NCBI RefSeq assembly: GCF_000008665.1 | Contig: NC_000917.1 | Span: 990,001 to 1,022,000, forward strand | From: Archaeoglobus fulgidus DSM 4304 | Lineage (GTDB): Archaea; Halobacteriota; Archaeoglobi; Archaeoglobales; Archaeoglobaceae | Length of the DNA stretch: 32,000 nt | Reading direction: 5' to 3' | Part shown: positions 27,490-32,000 of the stretch, in pieces | Numbering within the stretch: position 1 is the stretch's first letter | How the letters are laid out: each line of letters begins with the position of its first letter | Notes under the pieces: model-generated | The model's input: the letters and a program-made list of their open reading frames with translations, nothing else | What the model was told of the DNA's origin: nothing | Database searches by the model: none | Translations under genes and position numbers: made by a program

Positions 27490-28215
27490 TCAAAACTGGA
27501 TTTTGGGGTAGATTTCGTATCTGGCCTTCATCAAGTCCGCAGGGGTGTCTATTTCAATCCACGGAAGCCCTTTTGTTGTTTCATAGTAAACAGCGATGCC
27601 GTCATCCATCATTGACTGAAAAGCCTCCTCATAGAACACTCTTCTCCCTTTCCTTTCCATAACTCTGGAAACGTGGTTGTAGAGGTCGTCGATGATGTTT
27701 TCCTCAACTCTTGCAATGCCTATGTATTCTCCATCAGCCTCTGAGGGGTTGAGCTGTTTGCTTATTCTTTTAACAACTCCATCCTCTATTTTGACCTTCA
27801 TCTCCTCCTCTCCAAGCTCCTTGAACGTGTCAACGGACAGTATCAGGTTCTCCTTCGTGGAGGAGTGCAGTTCCCGAAAGATGCCGGGATGGAAGAGAAC
27901 ATCGGAGTTCAGGATGTAAAATCCCTTGCTCACGTGGTCCATTGCCAGATAGAGGCTGTAAATGTTGTTGGTTTTCTTGTAAAGGCTGTTGTGGACAAAT
28001 TTGAAATTGAGGTCGAACTGCGAAAGATACTCCCTCAAAACGTATCCTTTGTGTCCGGTAACCACTACAACATCCCTGATACCGTTCTCCATCAGAGTCT
28101 GAACCGTGTAGTATATCAACGGTCTTTTCCCAATTTTCAGGAGAGCTTTCGGGATTTCGCGAGTGTGATGACCCAATCGTGAACCGAAACCTGCAGCGAG
28201 TATTACTGCCTCCAT
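27490..28215 (-). CDS. nucleotidyltransferase (LicC / inositol-1-phosphate cytidylyltransferase-like sugar- or polyol-phosphate cytidylyltransferase)
   Basis: N-terminal AVILAAGFGSRLG....PKALL motif, followed by VVVTGH and the N..Y...NN.YSL pattern typical of LicC/IPCT-type NTP transferases. 241 aa. Confidence 0.8.
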   Translation of the reverse strand: MEAVILAAGFGSRLGHHTREIPKALLKIGKRPLIYYTVQTLMENGIRDVVVVTGHKGYVLREYLSQFDLNFKFVHNSLYKKTNNIYSLYLAMDHVSKGFYILNSDVLFHPGIFRELHSSTKENLILSVDTFKELGEEEMKVKIEDGVVKRISKQLNPSEADGEYIGIARVEENIIDDLYNHVSRVMERKGRRVFYEEAFQSMMDDGIAVYYETTKGLPWIEIDTPADLMKARYEIYPKIQF

Positions 28216-28273
28216 GAAAAATGTTAAAAGGAGAGTTATTTAAAATTACCCATAAGGAGGTGATTTAAATCAA

Positions 28274-28862
28274 ATGGGAGTATCTGCTGACAGAACTTGT
28301 TTATCGGAGGTTTTCCCGACCTCTGGCAAAGATTCTCTCGAAAACAGGTGTTTCGCCGAATTTAATCACCGTTATTGCCACAATCGTCGGATTGGGGGCA
28401 GCAGCGGTCATTGCAGCTGGAGAAATATACTGGGGCGTGCTAACTCTCTTCATCTCGCAAATTCTTGACTGCACTGACGGTGACCTGGCAAGGCTGACGG
28501 GGAGGGTTACGAGGAGCGGAGCGTACCTCGACAGAGTCTTCGACAGGTTCGTGGATGCTGCAATTGTCATTGGAATTGTCTATCTTTATCCTTCTGAGCT
28601 ATGGCTTGCCGGCTTTATGGCGGTGGTTGGCTCCTTTGGAGTGAGCATAACGAGGGCTATGGCTGAAGCTGAAGGCGCGGAATGCAAAGTTGGAATTGGT
28701 GGAAGGGACACGAGGCTTGCCATCATAATGGTTGGGCTGCTCTACGGATACGCCAGCGGTAATGCGGTGAGCGTTTATGCAGCAACGCTGTGGATTGTGG
28801 CGGTGCTCGGCTTTATAACCACACTGCACCGCATGCTTCACACATTAAAGCAGCTCGACTAG
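28274..28862 (+). CDS. CDP-alcohol phosphatidyltransferase family protein, with an apparent 1-nt frame disruption directly after the ATG
   Basis: Signature DCTDGDLARLTGRVTRSGAYLDRVFDRFVD (D-x2-DG-x2-AR-x8-G-x3-D-x3-D). The homologous frame is open from 28269 (..WEYLLTELVYRRFSRPLAKILSKTGVSPNLITV..) but has no canonical start before TTG 28392. The SD-preceded ATG at 28274 is in the -1 relative frame. The span is 589 nt (3n+1). Confidence 0.8.
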
Positions 28863-30214
28863 CCTCTCTTTATTTTTCCCCTCCCCAGCGATGCGAAGAT
28901 TCCAACGAAGCAGAGCGCGGCGAAGATCGAGAAGGCTATTCTTGAGCTTTCGATGAACCTGCCGAAGTACTCAGGAGTTATCTCAACCCTTCCAATTACC
29001 ATTGAGAAGACGAGCATGACGAGAGCCATGCTCAAAGTCTGCCCTACGAGCCGCATTGTTGCAACTGTGGCTGAGGCTATGCCGAAAAATTTTCTCTCAA
29101 CCGAGCTCATGATTGCGTTGGTGTTCGGAGAGCTGAACAGTGCAATTCCAAAACCGAGGAGCATGAGGTAAGTGATTATGTTGCTTAAGGCCGTCTCTCC
29201 GTTGATGCCTGCGAAGAGGATTAAGGACAGAGTTGTCACAGCCATGCCCGTTGAGGCTACAACCCTCGGCTCTATTCTATCCGAAATCCAGCCGGCAATG
29301 GGGGCGAAGATTGCCATGACTACGGGCTGGGATACGAGGATGAGGCCAGCCGTCTGAGCGTCGAACCCCTTTACGTACTGGAGGTAGAGGCTCATCAAAA
29401 AGCCCACGGCGAAGGTTGCCGCATAGTTGAGCAGTGCGGCGAGGCTTGAGAGGGAGAAGGTAAGGTTGCTCAGAAGAAGCCTTACAGCAAAAACGGGATG
29501 CTCTTGCCTGTTCTCGTAAACAACAAAAATTAAGGCCAAGATTGCACCGAGAACTATGAAAGCAACTGAGAACTCTGAAAAACCGTAAATCAGGAAGAAG
29601 AGCATGGCCGCGTAAATTGCGGAACCGGCAAGGTCGAATTTCTCCCCCCTCGCATCAGCCCACTCCCCCCTGAGATAGACTGATGCAACGATTAGGGCGA
29701 AGAATCCCAAAGCTCCGTTGGCGATGAACAAGCTCCTCCATCCGAGATTTTGGGTCAGAAACCCTCCACCTATGGGGCCAAGACTTAATCCCGTGTAAAC
29801 CGCTCCGGTGTTGATGCCAATGGCCTTCCCCCTTTCCTGGGGAGGGAAAACCGAAGTGAGAATGGCTACTGAGGTGGCGAAAATCATCGCACCGCCAACA
29901 CCTTGGAGGACTCTGAAAGCTATAAGCATCTCCGCATTGGGAGGAATTGCTGAGAGAATGGAGCCGAGACTGAAAACAAGCAGTCCAACCACAAAAACCT
30001 TCTTCCTTCCCGCTATGTCTGCAATCCTGCCGAAGGGGACGGAAAACATGCCGGCTGCGAGAAGATATGCCGTGGCAATCCAGCCGAGAGTTATGGCGTC
30101 AATCTGAAATTCTTTGCCTATTGCGGGCAGGGCTATGTTGGTTGAAGAGCCCATGAAGGGGGTGAGAAAGGAAGCAACACCTGATGTCAGCAGAGCTGCC
30201 TTTTTCAGTTGCAT
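28859..30214 (-). CDS. MFS transporter (DHA2 / EmrB-QacA-like drug:H+ antiporter type)
   Basis: 451 aa with about 14 hydrophobic segments. The MFS motif GRIADIAGRKK lies between TM2 and TM3. Confidence 0.85.
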   Translation of the reverse strand: MQLKKAALLTSGVASFLTPFMGSSTNIALPAIGKEFQIDAITLGWIATAYLLAAGMFSVPFGRIADIAGRKKVFVVGLLVFSLGSILSAIPPNAEMLIAFRVLQGVGGAMIFATSVAILTSVFPPQERGKAIGINTGAVYTGLSLGPIGGGFLTQNLGWRSLFIANGALGFFALIVASVYLRGEWADARGEKFDLAGSAIYAAMLFFLIYGFSEFSVAFIVLGAILALIFVVYENRQEHPVFAVRLLLSNLTFSLSSLAALLNYAATFAVGFLMSLYLQYVKGFDAQTAGLILVSQPVVMAIFAPIAGWISDRIEPRVVASTGMAVTTLSLILFAGINGETALSNIITYLMLLGFGIALFSSPNTNAIMSSVERKFFGIASATVATMRLVGQTLSMALVMLVFSMVIGRVEITPEYFGRFIESSRIAFSIFAALCFVGIFASLGRGKIKRG

Positions 30215-30245
30215 GAGTTTGCCTTATGCGAAAAAATTTAAAAAC

Positions 30246-31676
30246 TTAATCCCTCTTGTAGAGCAAGTAATCCGGCTTGCCTGCCGGGATTGTGTAGTTC
30301 GGCGGTAGAAGACCGAGTTTTTCAGCCTCCTTCTCCAGCCACTCCCTGTGGTCTGGATGCGCGAGATGAATCATCGCTATTGCCCTTTCCTTTACCGTAA
30401 GCCCCTTCAGGTAGGCAACTCCCCACTCGGTTGCAACAACCTGAACCATGCTTCTCGGGACAGTCACCGCCGCTCCAGGAGGCAGGATGGGCTTGATCCT
30501 CGACGTACCGTTGTGTGTGGAGTACATTGCGAGAATGCTGAAGCCCTGTCTGTCTCTGCTGAAAAGACAGCCCATAACGAAGTCCAACTGCCCCCCAGTC
30601 CCGCTCACCTGATAGAGCTTGCCTGTTGGTGATATCAGCCCCATCTGCTCCGAGTTTATCTGGCCCATCAGGTCGGCCTCTGCGGCCTGGTTTAGGGAGA
30701 ACATCTTCGGCTGCTGCGCTATGATGAAGGGGTCGTTGGTGTAGTCGACTGGGTAGGTTGCAACCTCCGGATTCCTGTCGAGGTACTCGTAGAGCTTGAG
30801 AGAGCCGAGGGCGAACGTGAAAACGCTCTTCCCCCTATCGAGCCTCTTCTGGTCGTTGGTAACAACGCCCTCCTCAATCAACTCAAGCGTGCCATCGCCC
30901 ATCATTTCGGTGTGCACGCCGAGGTTCTTGTACCCTCCTTCCTTGAGCATTTTAACAACCGTATCCGGCAGACCGCCAATGCCAACCTGAAGCGTTGAGC
31001 CATCCTGTATGAGCTTCCTGCCGTCCTTCGTTTCTGCGTTGAGTATGTTCTCTGCTATCATCTCATCCTCCTTCGTTGGGGGTATGCTGAATGGTATGAA
31101 CGGAACTGGCATCTCGTTGTCCTCAACGATGTAGTCAACTTCCGAGATGTGGATGCACTCGTCGTAGCCTCCATTGACCCAGGGCATATTTTCTTTGACG
31201 ACCACCACAACCTTCTCTGCAACCTCTGCCAGCGCCTTCATGTGCGAGCAGGTCAGGCCGAAGTTGAAGTAGCCGTGCTTGTCCATGGGCGTGGTGACGA
31301 GGTAGGCGATGTCTATCGGGTCGTAGTCTTTGGAGAACTCCCTGACAATTTTCGGAACGTCGTGATACAGGTTGGGCCTGAATACACACGGTCCAAGCTC
31401 CTTGCTGGTTTTTCTTACGGGTCGGTAGAGGAAGCCGCTCGACCACTCGAAGACCTCCCCATTGGGGTCGGCCTTGAGAAACTCGTAATGGGCGAGGTCT
31501 ATGAAAGTACCCACTTTAACGTTTTCAAGCTCGTCCTTTCTCTTTGCGAGGTATTTGTCTATTATGAGCGCTGTATTTGCGGCACCGCCAAGCTCGATGT
31601 GCATTCCACTCTCTACAAGCCCCGCAGCCTCTTCAGGACTGATAAGCTTTTTTTCATATTCTTCCCTGTAGTTCAT
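30246..31676 (-). CDS. acetyl-CoA hydrolase/transferase family protein (4-hydroxybutyrate/butyrate CoA-transferase-like)
   Basis: About 476 aa. The N-terminal YKKLISPEEAAGLV and the GIGG.PD..., SGTGGQ.DF motifs are typical of the family. ATG at 31676 is preferred over ATG at 31694. Confidence 0.85.
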   Translation of the reverse strand: MNYREEYEKKLISPEEAAGLVESGMHIELGGAANTALIIDKYLAKRKDELENVKVGTFIDLAHYEFLKADPNGEVFEWSSGFLYRPVRKTSKELGPCVFRPNLYHDVPKIVREFSKDYDPIDIAYLVTTPMDKHGYFNFGLTCSHMKALAEVAEKVVVVVKENMPWVNGGYDECIHISEVDYIVEDNEMPVPFIPFSIPPTKEDEMIAENILNAETKDGRKLIQDGSTLQVGIGGLPDTVVKMLKEGGYKNLGVHTEMMGDGTLELIEEGVVTNDQKRLDRGKSVFTFALGSLKLYEYLDRNPEVATYPVDYTNDPFIIAQQPKMFSLNQAAEADLMGQINSEQMGLISPTGKLYQVSGTGGQLDFVMGCLFSRDRQGFSILAMYSTHNGTSRIKPILPPGAAVTVPRSMVQVVATEWGVAYLKGLTVKERAIAMIHLAHPDHREWLEKEAEKLGLLPPNYTIPAGKPDYLLYKRD

Positions 31677-31802
31677 TCTATCACACCTCTTCATTTGAAA
31701 ATTATGGAGAATATTTAACGTTTTCTGAATTAAACATAACTCTGATTAATCCTTTAGGAAAATGGGCAGCTTAAAAATTTTATCGTATGAAATTTTAAAA
31801 AA

Positions 31803-32000
31803 TTAAGATTTGCCCCACTTCTTCGCCCAGTATTCCTTGATAACCTCAAGAGCTACCAGCTTTTCACCGCTCAGGAACCTTATGCACGCCCCTCCTGCAG
31901 TTGATATGTGGCTGAACTTGTCCGAAAGGCCGAAGAGGCGTGCTGCTGAGGCGATGTGCCCCCCGCCAACAACCGAGTAACCAGCCCTTGTCGCGGCCCT
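31803..32000 (-). CDS. pgk: phosphoglycerate kinase, C-terminal part (5' end outside window)
   Basis: My reverse-strand translation is ...GYSVVGGGHIASAARLFGLSDKFSHISTAGGACIRFLSGEKLVALEVIKEYWAKKWGKS*. The GGG..A and H.STGGGA..FL.G..L pattern is the PGK C-terminus. Confidence 0.7.
   Translation of the reverse strand, partial: RAATRAGYSVVGGGHIASAARLFGLSDKFSHISTAGGACIRFLSGEKLVALEVIKEYWAKKWGKS

Noticed and set aside
31149-31718. 189-aa plus-strand ORF
   Set aside because: Antisense shadow of the CoA-transferase gene.

Overview
Euryarchaeal chromosomal window of roughly 48% GC. Gene content and order are most consistent with Archaeoglobus (A. fulgidus-like); this assignment comes from recognising protein families and gene order, not from a search. 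The window is densely coding, with many 1-20 nt gene overlaps, and is mostly core housekeeping genes. Two conserved archaeal information-processing strings are present. On the minus strand: rpoE, spt4, DUF359 dephospho-CoA kinase, rps24e, rps27ae, kae1. On the plus strand: rpl18e, rpl13, rps9, rpoN, tRNA-Pro, rpoK, eno, rps2. The rest comprises beta-oxidation-type genes (a 3-hydroxyacyl-CoA dehydrogenase/enoyl-CoA hydratase fusion, a MaoC dehydratase, an acyl-CoA dehydrogenase, a CoA-transferase), a NirJ/Ahb-type radical SAM enzyme, tRNA-Ser, and small conserved archaeal proteins (DUF89, DUF429, Brix, BFN nuclease, SWIM). An envelope/secretome stretch runs from about 18.5 to 26.3 kb: a secreted alpha/beta hydrolase, a lipoprotein-like protein, and two ABC exporters flanking a large multi-Ig-like surface protein. 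I saw no CRISPR array, IS element, integrase, prophage or recognisable defence system, so I do not claim a clear-cut novel system. The points most worth a second look are listed here. (1) Two genes, rpl18e and a CDP-alcohol phosphatidyltransferase, have an SD-preceded ATG one nucleotide out of frame with the conserved protein body. (2) A divergent cytidylyltransferase / CDP-alcohol transferase pair looks like a split paralogue of the IPCT/DIPPS type. (3) A 165-aa FtsZ/tubulin-like GTPase-domain-only protein with degenerate nucleotide-binding loops sits next to small secreted proteins and an Lrp regulator. (4) An orphan C-terminal fragment of a PhaC-like alpha/beta hydrolase is translationally coupled to a MaoC gene. 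(5) The rpoN coding region runs 15 nt into tRNA-Pro. (6) The ABC / COG1470-like surface-protein cluster has no known function.
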